Notes under the pieces: model-generated
Databases searched by the model: none
What the model saw: only the letters and a program-made list of their open reading frames with translations
What the model was told of the DNA's origin: nothing
Made by a program: the position numbers and the translations under genes
Shown here: positions 10,701-20,463 of the stretch, one piece after another
Numbering within the stretch: position 1 is the stretch's first letter
Layout: each line of letters starts with the position of its first letter
Virus record (IMG/VR): IMGVR_UViG_3300032373_000671
Span: 1-45,628 of that record
Direction: 5' to 3' (one strand)
Origin: a virus
Lineage: Duplodnaviria > Caudoviricetes
DNA: 45,628 nt

Positions 10701-13700
10701 CAAAACCAAGTGGGCGCCAGTCTACAAATTCATCCGGCCCAGATACTTTTTGATGGTCAACCTGTACGGAATAAACAGTATTGCCCGCTAGTTCAGCGCC
10801 CAACTTATCTACCAGCTTATTAGCACTGTAGTCAGCATCGATGTATCCATACTGAGAAAGCGCCTCTGCCATTGCCTCAAATGACAGGCCGGTACTATGA
10901 AATACACGCTTACCAAAAATAGGCTGATTGCCACCACTGCTACCAGCACGACCACGCCAGTTAGCCGGATCAATGCCCTGTGCTTCTGCTTCAATGCCAT
11001 CTAGGCCGCCAAGCTTAGAGATGGCAATGCTGAGACTATCGATCTCTGGATCAACCGCGGTACCAGACCTGGTCGCCTCATACATTGCAGCCAGCGCAAC
11101 AGCATCGAGCTTCACAGGCGTCAGCCCTTCAGGCAGCTCTCGACCATTCGGCAGCTCTCCTTTTTTCAGGAAATGACGCGTCTGGTAGATTTGACGATCC
11201 AACACTTCAGCAGCTACTTCAGCTTCGAGGGCTTTGCGCTTCTCGCGCGTATCGCGTTGCAGCTTTCTCAGCGCCTTACTTTTGGCGTTCTGCGACCATT
11301 TAAGGTTTTTCAATGATCGAGTCTGCAGCTCACTCAATGCGTCTTCAGTGGCTTGGCTTGCCGTGTTCTGGTAATCGCTCCACTCATCGGGTGACATGCC
11401 GGCTTCTTCAGCACTGGCGAAGAGTGGCTTGTATTCAGCAGCAACCTCGGCTGATTTGATTTGCTCCTCAGTTGCCAACATCCGATCAAAGACCTGCTTC
11501 ACTTCTTTCGTTGGTGTTGCATTAAGGCTTGTCAGTCTGCGATAGATATTCACTAACCATGACCGGAAGCGCTGGAAAACCCCTTGGAGCTCTACGCTTG
11601 GTGCTTTGCCCTCAAACAGATAAGCCTCAAACCCGCGCGCAAATTGTTCATGCTGCTCAGTGCCGACCTGATCCCAGCTTTCAACGCCCATCCAATCAAG
11701 AAGCGTGACCATATCCTGCTTAATCTCAGCCGGTGCATTTTCTTGACGGGCTAAATCAGCAGTCACCTCAAGGAAAAAGTGACCAGACTCATGCAGTATC
11801 GTTGAAAGATCAGCGTTCTCGAACAAGCTGATGACGCTTGGCCCGCCGTTATTTGGGAATTGGATTGAGCCGCGATTTTTCTGAAATAGCTCTTGCCCCT
11901 GCATAACTGAATCACGCATTTTGTCGGTGATCTCAATTGCATGGACTGGCTTGGGATAACTATCCCTCAAAACACTACGTATTTCATTTTCTGGCGTTTC
12001 GGGATATGCCGCCATCATCCCCTTAACCGCATCTTCATAAGGAATTTTATTTTCAGAAAAATTGATTGCTGCATAGAAGAGGGCGCTATCGCTATTAGTG
12101 CTCTTAGTGGGGGCATCTATATTCGTTACCCCAACCTTCGCACCCCATTTCTTCACGTACTTATTCACGGCAGACGGCAACATCTTGTCATAGAAGGCTT
12201 TCATACCTTCGCCGCCGACTTTTAGGCTGTCACCCTCCATCAAAACATTACCGGCTTTGGTGAACTGCTCTTTGGCAAGCCTTGCCGCTTCCTTGCCGAT
12301 TAAATCATCAAGTTCGTCAAGTGTTTTAAGTGATCGTTCTACTACCGGCGCACCGTCTTTATAGGCGGAAAAACTATAAGTAGGAACCTTTTGCTTGAAC
12401 GGCATAGGCCTAACCTCGATAGAATCAACCTGCTTACTCAGATCATACCGCTCTGCCTGCTGCTCACCTGTCGTCCACGCAATTCGATCAAAGCCATTTT
12501 CAGCCGCGTGACGAATCATGCGCTTCATTGTGAGAAGCGGCCATGATGTTTTGAATGGGGCATCAGGGACTTTATTTTCATTTCTGATGTTAATGCCACT
12601 GGCTCTTTCTGCATCGATATCAGTTAGCCATTTAGCAAAATATTCTCTTGCTTCCGCCTCGCCTGCTACAGTGCCTTTACCAACAGCCCTTTGCTTCCCA
12701 TGAAAGTCTTCAGTAATCCATTGTGTATCGCTTTGGCTGATATTAAATTCATCTTCTTTGTACACGTGATGACGTACAATATCTGACGTTTTCCCATACC
12801 CATCCTGCCGCCCCCGCTGATGCCAATCACTCTGTACCTCTTCAACAAACAAAACACGATTGCCTTCCGAGTCAGTGCGCTCGTTGAATCGGACGTGGGC
12901 AAGGATATTTGGCTCGTCGTAGTGCCCTGACTTATACGTGGCGTCGGCCGTCGTATTTAAGCGCCTAGCGCTATCATCGGCCTCCTCTCGGGTGCTTCGA
13001 TGATGCAGTACGGTATTACCTGCACTATCAACAACGTTGTATTTGATCTCTTCAGGCTGGCCGGGGCGAGTCACATCAACGGCCTCAACATGGTGTTCAT
13101 CGCTTGTCGTTTCCGTTTCTGGCAGCGTCAACAACAACTCGCGGTAATTCTCACCGCCTGGTAGCTGGTAAGTATTAAACTTTGTGTCGCCACCTGTTTC
13201 ATGATCAATTTCTGCGTCTCTGCGGGCACCCTCAATTTCATCGTGAATATCGTGCATGAAGTTAGGGTCAAACTGAGGATCATTTTTATTGAAATCATGA
13301 GAGTTCAAAATTCCCCAGGCATTCTCATTGTAGGGGTCATTAATCAGAGCATATAAAGCATTCTCAGCTCCATTATGATCGAACCCCTCCGCTTCAGCCT
13401 TAAGAGTGTAATTTTGAATGAAATCCCTTCTCTGCTTCTCAAGTGTTTTGAGACTTTCATAATTACGACCGCCTTTTTTAACCTCATCAACCTGAACGCC
13501 GCCTTGACGAACAAAATCAAGAATCTCTTGCTTGGTGACTTTCTCTTTTCCAGCTAGATATTCATCCAGCCCAAGCCATTCGATTTCTTCTTTTTTAACG
13601 CCAGCAGTTTTTTTAATCTGTGCGAGTAATTGTTGTGCGGAACCTTTTTCCTGCTTCAGATTGTCAGTTGCACGTTCCAGCCCTGAATAGAATGTTTCGG

Positions 13701-15465
13701 CCTTATCTGGCTCTGATTGAAAAAGAGATTTTCCACCATCAACATCAGTAACGCCCTCTCCCTGAAACCTCAAGCCATACTTTTCATAAACCTCGTGCGG
13801 CAGAATGCCCAACTTCTCCGCAGTGGTTACAGCAAAGGCCTGATGCAATGCAGCGTACTGACCTGCAGTATCCTCATTGAATCGGCCTGTACCCGCAATG
13901 CCCTGCTTGACCTGCTCAAATACTCGATTGGCTGAATCCTGATGCACGGAATCACCAGCCCTCTCACGCATGATCTGCTCTGCTTCAGCCGCGAACTGAT
14001 CTGACTGATTGGTTTGCCACTCCTGCGCCTCGCTGGCAGTCATGCGGTCAGCACCAATGCGAATATCATTACGAAGCGCTTGATGGTACTCAGAAAGATA
14101 AGTCAGATATTCTTCTTGAGGGATCGCAATTGACCCGCCATTATCAAATGCATCAAGGATATCTTGCGCCGTCTCAGGCATGTTCTGCCCGATGATGTCG
14201 AAGGCTTCAGGGTGTGACTGGAAGAACTTACGCGCATCAGATGAGTCAATATAAAACGGCTCTGCATCTTCACCGATGGCTTCTTTCACGAACGCTTTGT
14301 ACGCCTCTGGATCGCGCTTACGAAGTTCGGTTTCTTCATTTGTCTCAATGATGCCGTCAAGCTGCTCGATGGACTCTTCAGCCTCGATAGAGCGGCCACC
14401 GTCACCGATTACTTTCTTTGCGGCAATGTGTAGTGAGCTGGTAATACCCGCCTGAGTAATGGTCGATATCAGTGTTTGATAGGCCGCATCAGGTCGCTCT
14501 TCAAAATAATCACCCCAAGTCTTGTCGGGGTTCGCAATGGCGGTATCAATAGCATCTTGAACCAGTGTCGCAACCTGCTCATTTGGAATTTCACGTGCGA
14601 GTAATCCAGTCAAAAATTCACCAAAGCCAATCTTGCCGAACTTCTTAACGAGGAAGCTCATTGGCATTATTTCAGTAATCACCTCGGTTGCGCCCTCGCC
14701 CATGGCACCCATCAGCGCTTCATACTCATTGGCACCACGAGCACGATACTTGCCGTATGCTTCCGCTTCTGTCTGGATCCCCATTGATGCAAGTGACGGC
14801 ACTGGATTCCGCGTGGCAATCGAAACCGCTAAGCCTGGTGCTTGCCTGATAAAACTCGACGCACCACCGTATACACCAGAAGCGGTACCGGATTTAAATC
14901 TGGGTGTGGTTATTAGCCGCTGAACTTCCGCACGCTCAATCTTCTGCAGCGATTCTTTTCTGAGATTATCCGAGCCAATCAGGTCAGCCCACTGCAAGTA
15001 CATACCCTGCCGTGCAAGCTCTAATCCAATCGGGAGCGACTTAGCAAGCCCTTCAGTCACGGAAAAGAACCCAGGCTTCGGGCCTTGAATCGCTCTCATC
15101 TCTGAGATTCTGCCTTCAAGCTTTCCAAGTGCTGGAATGTCATCGCTGGCTAAGTCAGCAAAGTGCTGATCCTGCATGCTGGATGATAGGCCCGGACTTC
15201 GAGAAAGGATTTCATTGTAATCATTAAGTGTCGATCGACGCTCAACATCATCCATATTCCGCTCAACAACTTCAGCGGGTATGCCTGTTTTTTTGGATAG
15301 CTGGTCGGCTTTAGCGACTGTATCGGGCTGCTTGCCCAGCGCACCGATTAGATTGTGACGCCCGTTTTGCTGGTTCTCCTCATCCATTTCAATGAGCATT
15401 TTGTCATACTCATTACCAGCGGGTGCCTTCTGTATTAGGCCGTCGTACTCATTCTCTTGACTCAT
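7792..15465 (-). CDS. Giant internal virion/ejection polyvalent protein (~2557 aa)
   Basis: Last of three internal-virion genes; HESGH motif (ADLSTILHESGHFF); largely helical C-terminus. Likely start MSQENEYD at 15465. Confidence 0.85.
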   Translation of the reverse strand: MSQENEYDGLIQKAPAGNEYDKMLIEMDEENQQNGRHNLIGALGKQPDTVAKADQLSKKTGIPAEVVERNMDDVERRSTLNDYNEILSRSPGLSSSMQDQHFADLASDDIPALGKLEGRISEMRAIQGPKPGFFSVTEGLAKSLPIGLELARQGMYLQWADLIGSDNLRKESLQKIERAEVQRLITTPRFKSGTASGVYGGASSFIRQAPGLAVSIATRNPVPSLASMGIQTEAEAYGKYRARGANEYEALMGAMGEGATEVITEIMPMSFLVKKFGKIGFGEFLTGLLAREIPNEQVATLVQDAIDTAIANPDKTWGDYFEERPDAAYQTLISTITQAGITSSLHIAAKKVIGDGGRSIEAEESIEQLDGIIETNEETELRKRDPEAYKAFVKEAIGEDAEPFYIDSSDARKFFQSHPEAFDIIGQNMPETAQDILDAFDNGGSIAIPQEEYLTYLSEYHQALRNDIRIGADRMTASEAQEWQTNQSDQFAAEAEQIMRERAGDSVHQDSANRVFEQVKQGIAGTGRFNEDTAGQYAALHQAFAVTTAEKLGILPHEVYEKYGLRFQGEGVTDVDGGKSLFQSEPDKAETFYSGLERATDNLKQEKGSAQQLLAQIKKTAGVKKEEIEWLGLDEYLAGKEKVTKQEILDFVRQGGVQVDEVKKGGRNYESLKTLEKQRRDFIQNYTLKAEAEGFDHNGAENALYALINDPYNENAWGILNSHDFNKNDPQFDPNFMHDIHDEIEGARRDAEIDHETGGDTKFNTYQLPGGENYRELLLTLPETETTSDEHHVEAVDVTRPGQPEEIKYNVVDSAGNTVLHHRSTREEADDSARRLNTTADATYKSGHYDEPNILAHVRFNERTDSEGNRVLFVEEVQSDWHQRGRQDGYGKTSDIVRHHVYKEDEFNISQSDTQWITEDFHGKQRAVGKGTVAGEAEAREYFAKWLTDIDAERASGINIRNENKVPDAPFKTSWPLLTMKRMIRHAAENGFDRIAWTTGEQQAERYDLSKQVDSIEVRPMPFKQKVPTYSFSAYKDGAPVVERSLKTLDELDDLIGKEAARLAKEQFTKAGNVLMEGDSLKVGGEGMKAFYDKMLPSAVNKYVKKWGAKVGVTNIDAPTKSTNSDSALFYAAINFSENKIPYEDAVKGMMAAYPETPENEIRSVLRDSYPKPVHAIEITDKMRDSVMQGQELFQKNRGSIQFPNNGGPSVISLFENADLSTILHESGHFFLEVTADLARQENAPAEIKQDMVTLLDWMGVESWDQVGTEQHEQFARGFEAYLFEGKAPSVELQGVFQRFRSWLVNIYRRLTSLNATPTKEVKQVFDRMLATEEQIKSAEVAAEYKPLFASAEEAGMSPDEWSDYQNTASQATEDALSELQTRSLKNLKWSQNAKSKALRKLQRDTREKRKALEAEVAAEVLDRQIYQTRHFLKKGELPNGRELPEGLTPVKLDAVALAAMYEATRSGTAVDPEIDSLSIAISKLGGLDGIEAEAQGIDPANWRGRAGSSGGNQPIFGKRVFHSTGLSFEAMAEALSQYGYIDADYSANKLVDKLGAELAGNTVYSVQVDHQKVSGPDEFVDWRPLGFGKSGMVAKKEGVHPDLVAERFGFTSGDEMVRRLIDVAPPKEVIEDLTNQRMIERYGDIETEKAIDKAANEAIHNETRLRFVHSELKALNKRVGGVNVLAKAAKAHAEESLARKRVRDIKPAQYSSAEARAGRNAWKSLQSGDMEAAAQHKRAQVLNAHFYRAAKESKNEIDKTVRYLNKFNSANVRKKVDPDYLDQIDSILEKFDLRKAVSLKSIDKRKKLQQWIDEQSEQGLEPVIDDRLLGDIQKRHYKDIPLEALRGLNDSIKNIEHLGRLKNKMMRSADAREMNARINEAVETIEEHSRGKKVIDIETRLPESEAGQFVRGFLASHRKMGSVIRQMDGHKDGGPLWELFMRPLNESGDFEAVEREKATKRLIELFDPLESKADEMKKVVGTLSGGAITSELYQKKYIPEIDRSLSKMGRLMVALNWGNQDNRDRIMDGYGWSPEQVDAILKTLDKRDFDFVQGMWDYINEYWPQIAEKERRLTGVTPKKVEAVPVITRFGELKGGYFPLKYDEKQSPRAYADRAKEAADQSLKGLYSKASTRRGHTKERVRGVKMPVRLDFGVITEHVEQVIHDLAFHEYLVDTHRVMGNHRFQKSVIENHGHEVHALLRDAISDVAAGNIPAQDMVESGVGWLRTGATIAYMGWSVTTAMLQPIGLSQSVTRIGGKWVAKGISRWLTDTAGMENTAQRIYDQSDFMRLRGKTMQREISEIRNRLKKSRAITAVEETYFWFIVKAQLIADIPTWLGGYEKAIHEGNDEKRAIALADQAVIDSQGGGQIKDLARIQRGNQWLRLWTNFYSYFNVTYNRTAESIDKARFKDPLSVGRLASDMLMLYTVPALLATMMYELIRNECDGDLECIAENAAKDQVGYALGVLVGFRELGGLVSGFDYDGPSGSAFIAELGKLYKQAAQGEVDQSLVQTLNKVGGILFHYPASQTQRTANGILAISEGDTENPVRVLTGPEAE

Positions 15466-17074
15466 ATAAATTGTGTTTGAGGCCATAATAATAAGCGACA
15501 TTTTCGTCTGTCACCGCGCGATTATGACGCTTCAAAGCTTCCTCGATTCTGGTTCGTTCGTCGTCTGGTATTTCTACCTCGAACGTGGCCTGATCATTAG
15601 TGCCAACCACTTCATAGAATCGTTTATCTGGGCTGATAAAAAAGCCGTCAATCTCACCTTTGATCATCATTTTATCAATGACTTTCTGGCGCTCGTCAAA
15701 ATTGAGGTCGCGCTTTAGGTGTTTTTTTTCTGAATTAATCGCCTGATAAATAACCTGATTGAACCTGCCTTTTTTCTCTCGATCATTGGCTCTAAAGTCG
15801 AGTTGGTTATGCGCTGCGCTGATTTGCTGGTGCAGCGTGGCGACATCATTACTCGAGTCGTCACCGTTCGCAATCGACATCTGAAGCTTGATAAGCTCTT
15901 TGTATTCACTATCCGCAAGGTGCGCCCGGTTCATGAGCATACTGCCTTTAACGAACTTATCTGGCTCATTAACGGCCTGCTCACGAAGTGCTGTATAGCG
16001 TCCCCAATCGGTACGCGGTGCCTTACCTTTGGCTATGTTGGCTGAGTAAGATTTAAGCGCCACCCTCTCAGTCAGTTTCAATTCAGCCCAGTCACCAGGG
16101 GGAATTGAATCGACGGTACCAGACTTTTCAACTAGCTCACCCGCATTTTCAAAGACAACCTTTCGGGCTTCCTCTTCAGCGAGTTTCTTTCTTGAGTAAA
16201 ACTGACTCACCCGCTCGACTGTTGCATCTCGAATGTCTGGATCTGATATCGCCCTTGCCTTTTCAAGCGCATCACCACGGTTTTCAGAACCAGAAACAAT
16301 CTCATCGCTTTTTCTTTGAGACTCACCACGAAGGGAACCCGCTTCAACGGCCTTTTCAATCTTGGCTAAGTGCTGGCCAATGACCTCTTCACGGTTCAGC
16401 TCAAGATATTCTTTTGCCGACAGGTCTTTACCATTGGCAAGCATTCGCTCAATCACGCCAGCATGTGTACCACTCACCGCAAGACCAGCTCGCGCACTTA
16501 CCTCGTCAGCCGGTAAACCGTTACGCGCTCCATGATCTCGAATGGTCGATACTTGTCGCGCAAGCTCCATATCAACCGTGTCAGGATCTTCATAACCTTC
16601 AATTGCGGCATTGATTGAATTCTTAAGGTAGGCCTGAGTCGTCATTTCATCGTGAGCTTGAATCTCACGCGCCACATGCGTCTGAATCTTTCGATCTAAT
16701 GCAACACGCCGACCCGCCATTGATCGCCTGAATGCGTTCTTCTGACGATCATTCGATAAATCACGCTCAATCTCACCGGCACGATCATCAAAGTCTTTCA
16801 GTGTTGAATTCGGAAGGTCAAACGAGTCCTTTCCTTTTCGGTTGATCGCATCCATCTCAATCGATAACTGCGCTTCACTTAAGCGACCATCGGCCTCAAC
16901 AAAGGCGACGTTATCCGCTCTTTGCGATTCAGCCTCAAGAACGCCAGCAACATTTGATAGACCGTTTCCAATGCCAGCACCAAAGGCATCAGGGTTGGCC
17001 CTTGCTGTCAGTCTCGCGCCGGGTAAGGCCTTTTTCTCAACAGACTGGCCACGCGTTCTTTTTACTGTTGGCAT
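15449..17074 (-). CDS. Internal virion (ejection) protein
   Basis: MPTV start, AFGAGIG.GL motif, helical; syntenic with podovirus ejectosome genes. Confidence 0.75.
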   Translation of the reverse strand: MPTVKRTRGQSVEKKALPGARLTARANPDAFGAGIGNGLSNVAGVLEAESQRADNVAFVEADGRLSEAQLSIEMDAINRKGKDSFDLPNSTLKDFDDRAGEIERDLSNDRQKNAFRRSMAGRRVALDRKIQTHVAREIQAHDEMTTQAYLKNSINAAIEGYEDPDTVDMELARQVSTIRDHGARNGLPADEVSARAGLAVSGTHAGVIERMLANGKDLSAKEYLELNREEVIGQHLAKIEKAVEAGSLRGESQRKSDEIVSGSENRGDALEKARAISDPDIRDATVERVSQFYSRKKLAEEEARKVVFENAGELVEKSGTVDSIPPGDWAELKLTERVALKSYSANIAKGKAPRTDWGRYTALREQAVNEPDKFVKGSMLMNRAHLADSEYKELIKLQMSIANGDDSSNDVATLHQQISAAHNQLDFRANDREKKGRFNQVIYQAINSEKKHLKRDLNFDERQKVIDKMMIKGEIDGFFISPDKRFYEVVGTNDQATFEVEIPDDERTRIEEALKRHNRAVTDENVAYYYGLKHNLYESRE

Positions 17075-17532
17075 TAAGAATTTCTCCGACGATAGGTAGC
17101 CGCTGCATTGGCACCGCCGGTCAGTAATGTACCCGCAGCACCAGAGCGACCAGACGCGGAATCAATTTCACCCTGCATCCTGTCATTAGTAGCGCCGACC
17201 TTATAACCCCACGCCTCAAGCGCTGCATTGTTTCGAATGGTTAGCGCGTCCAACTCACCAAAATAAGCACTGTCCTGCTGAACCTGTAAAGCGCTACCGT
17301 CATCAAGTTCTACGCCTTCCGCCCCCATTGCCGCACGCTGTTGACCAATGAACTGACGAACATCGACGCGGTGGCGTGACTCACTAGACTTGCCCCGCTC
17401 AATCGCATCATCGGCCCTCATTTCACCAATCTTGGCGTTGAAGTTCATGAGCGCCTGGTTGTGCTTTCCGGCTTTATATTGGCCATAAGCGCTCATACCA
17501 GCCCCGGCGATCATTAGAGATGAAATACCCAC
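17074..17532 (-). CDS. Internal virion protein (T7 gp14-like)
   Basis: Gly/Ala-rich termini; GQQRAAMGAEGV.L..GSA and IRNNA motifs. Confidence 0.8.
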   Translation of the reverse strand: MGISSLMIAGAGMSAYGQYKAGKHNQALMNFNAKIGEMRADDAIERGKSSESRHRVDVRQFIGQQRAAMGAEGVELDDGSALQVQQDSAYFGELDALTIRNNAALEAWGYKVGATNDRMQGEIDSASGRSGAAGTLLTGGANAAATYRRRNS

Positions 17533-17533
17533 G

Positions 17534-19867
17534 CTATCCTCCTAAATCCACTGATGGTGCAACCGATAAAATATTAAGCGGGAGAGGATCGTTTTGCCTG
17601 ATCGCAAATGATCCCCCGCTGTTCCACGTGGATTTAATTGCCATCTGAAAACTGCCGGTGAATAGCGCAATTGGCTCACCCGGGTTTTCATTGGATCGAG
17701 TCCGCTTTTCTGTCAGCTTGTCAAAATTCTCACCGGCCCATATCCCTCTTGATGCCTCGACCTGAATAGTCAGCTCATTGGTACGTTTCAACAAGTGGAC
17801 TAATGTTTCTTCTGCCGAGTCAATATCGAGTGTCTGGAAATCGCTTTGAATCGGTAGGCCGACGTGAATTATTCCATAAGTATTTGAAAGCGTTATCGCG
17901 CCAGAAGTCACAACTAGCGCATCGTCATCATGACCAACGGATTCAACATTGCCATCACCCAGCACCGACACCCGCTTACCTTCAAGATGGTCAAGCCCAG
18001 ATAAGCCGTCAACCGCCCTCGCCCAATTCGAAATCGCTACCGACCTAAATAAAACGGGAACATCCTTACTGGCAACAACTGAAACGATGGTGGAGCTGGT
18101 GTAATCAGATATTTTACAGCGCAACACATCAACACCGATGACCGCGAGCGTTACCGGGTCAATAATATCGACTTTTAAATGAATGGCATTACCCACTTCA
18201 CCCGCATCGAAGTAAGCCGCGCTAGATGTCAGAATAAGATTATCGTCATACTCCCAAGTCACGCCACCACTAAGTGTCATGGTGTGGCCTGTATCGGTAT
18301 TCCTTCCGTCGTAAGTCAATCCGCAATCCACGAAGAAAGCATCAACGGCAATATCAGTCACATTGCGAGAGTGAAAGCGCTCGATGTATCGCTTTGTCTG
18401 ACCGTCAATTACTCGCTTCACAATTGTGTATACGGCGTCTTCCCGACCTTCTGGAATGCTGATGACATTTTCATAGAGTCCATCGGTATCGTGACGGCTC
18501 CAGCCTTCAACCTCATGATTGCGAACATAGGTCAGGCCAAGCAGTACGCCATCGTCGCGAACAGCCCATACAACCGAGTGCGGTATTTGCTGGAAATCCC
18601 AATCAACAATTTCATTACTATCAACCAAGTGCGGTGAGAATATTGAAACCTCGCGCCCGGTATGCCCCTTGTCTCGCGCATACTCGATGTCCCTTACATG
18701 CGATCCTCTCGACTGAACAAACAAGGCAGTATTACCCACCACGATAGGCATCACCCGTGACGATCCGTTATAGCCCTGGGTTTCAGGATTACGCGCACTA
18801 GGTGTCAGCACTCCATCAGCATTCCCGCGCATGGCAACCTCTGCACCTGCGGTTAACACGATCAACCCACCAAGATCAATAACGTGGCGAACCTCGTTTA
18901 CCTTTCTCCCTGCAAGAGTAAAAGTAACCGCATCATCATCTTGCAATGGTGTATGCGTGTTGAAGCTGCTGTATCGCCCGGTGCGGCTTGCGAATACCTT
19001 CTCAGGGTCATTATTAGTGTTTGCAAATACGCGTCGCTGTTGTGCGTAGGTGACTGTTGACGGATAGTCATCTACCGAGCTGAAATGATCATTAGAGTCT
19101 GATGCCTGGAAGCTCATGTCTGGCGCGATGTTGATGTCATTGAATGTAGTCCCGCCAGCAGTGCCAATGAATCCGTAAATGCCATTTTCTTCTTTGTACA
19201 CATTGTATTCAGCAGCGCCAGCAACGGCCGACCAGCTTATGACGTTGGGGGTTGTTGAGGTTGGAGTGCCAGCGGTACACGATGCAACCGCAGATAAATC
19301 AGACTCATCATCGGTATCAGCATCGATTGCCGTAATCATGTAGTTGAATACTATCGATCCACCCACACCAGCAACAGCGCCTTGACCTGTTGGTGCTGCG
19401 ATTGATGGCACGGTTGTCACGAGCACCAAAGACCATGTAGTGTGCCCCGTCCTTTGTAATTCATGCGGCGAGTATGACGGGTGAACAATGGTAACAACAT
19501 CACCACTTTGCACGTAGTTAAGATCCTGCAGGTCAGCTTCTAAGTATGGCGTCGCGATCTCATACGGCACCCCGACTGATAACAGTTGCGCCCCATTTCG
19601 TATCACGCGCATATACAGATCGCCAAATTCAAGTGCGTAAGTTTGCTCATCATTGAAGATGAACTTCACCAGTCTTGCTCGCTTGCTCGAATCTTTCAGC
19701 TCACATATAAAAACAGATCCCGCGCGATTCGTAACACCACCAAAGCGCTGAACAAAGAAGTTACGGCAGGTCTTAAGACCGGTTGCATGCTTTACCTGAT
19801 CAGATCGACCCCATAATGCAGGGCCAACCTCACCAGAAGAAAACGCCCGTTGAATCTTGGCGCTCAA
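17534..19867 (-). CDS. Tail tubular protein B / nozzle
   Basis: QRAFSSGEV.P.L.GR.D start, VQSGDV, YPSTV...QQR, GLDHLEG and QNDPLP motifs. Confidence 0.9.
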   Translation of the reverse strand: MSAKIQRAFSSGEVGPALWGRSDQVKHATGLKTCRNFFVQRFGGVTNRAGSVFICELKDSSKRARLVKFIFNDEQTYALEFGDLYMRVIRNGAQLLSVGVPYEIATPYLEADLQDLNYVQSGDVVTIVHPSYSPHELQRTGHTTWSLVLVTTVPSIAAPTGQGAVAGVGGSIVFNYMITAIDADTDDESDLSAVASCTAGTPTSTTPNVISWSAVAGAAEYNVYKEENGIYGFIGTAGGTTFNDINIAPDMSFQASDSNDHFSSVDDYPSTVTYAQQRRVFANTNNDPEKVFASRTGRYSSFNTHTPLQDDDAVTFTLAGRKVNEVRHVIDLGGLIVLTAGAEVAMRGNADGVLTPSARNPETQGYNGSSRVMPIVVGNTALFVQSRGSHVRDIEYARDKGHTGREVSIFSPHLVDSNEIVDWDFQQIPHSVVWAVRDDGVLLGLTYVRNHEVEGWSRHDTDGLYENVISIPEGREDAVYTIVKRVIDGQTKRYIERFHSRNVTDIAVDAFFVDCGLTYDGRNTDTGHTMTLSGGVTWEYDDNLILTSSAAYFDAGEVGNAIHLKVDIIDPVTLAVIGVDVLRCKISDYTSSTIVSVVASKDVPVLFRSVAISNWARAVDGLSGLDHLEGKRVSVLGDGNVESVGHDDDALVVTSGAITLSNTYGIIHVGLPIQSDFQTLDIDSAEETLVHLLKRTNELTIQVEASRGIWAGENFDKLTEKRTRSNENPGEPIALFTGSFQMAIKSTWNSGGSFAIRQNDPLPLNILSVAPSVDLGG

Positions 19868-20463
19868 TACCTTGCCCTTATGAATTCAGACTCAGGGTCA
19901 GGATCGGCTTGTTGCTCGTTTGCACTGTGGGCAGCAGCCCTGCCAAGCTCAAGCATATACATAGACATTGCCTTTTCCGACATCCCTTTGATTCGACTTC
20001 TTGGCAATGAAATATCCGCCGTGATTCTCCAGGCTAATGCGCTATCAAAATCAGGCGTGAATAATGTGGTGTTTTCAACGCGTCGCGTGTACTTCAGGGT
20101 AGCAGGATTAATGTCTGTATAGATAAGCTGACCCGAATCATCACTGCCAATATCGTAAGGTATCGGGCTAATCATGTCGCTCTGTCTTGCAGACTGCGCG
20201 ATCATATGAATTTTCAAGCAATCGCTTGGGCGACGGTACGAGTACGACCACCCAGAAACAGGGCTTTCCTCAACCAGCGCCAGTGTTTGATATGTCTTAG
20301 CGAACCCCCAAGGGAACTCTCTCAACACGAGGTCGCGCAGCGTGGCATAAACGAGATCACAAGCCGCCGCCTCTTCACTTTTTTCACCCAGGTCTTCAAT
20401 AAAATTAGAAACACCCGCCCGACTCAGCGCCATATTGCAAATTTTTACATCTGATTCTGCCAC
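19864..20463 (-). CDS. Tail tubular protein A / adaptor
   Basis: ICNMAL...VLREFPWGFA...Y.RPSDCL motifs. Confidence 0.9.
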   Translation of the reverse strand: MAESDVKICNMALSRAGVSNFIEDLGEKSEEAAACDLVYATLRDLVLREFPWGFAKTYQTLALVEESPVSGWSYSYRRPSDCLKIHMIAQSARQSDMISPIPYDIGSDDSGQLIYTDINPATLKYTRRVENTTLFTPDFDSALAWRITADISLPRSRIKGMSEKAMSMYMLELGRAAAHSANEQQADPDPESEFIRARY

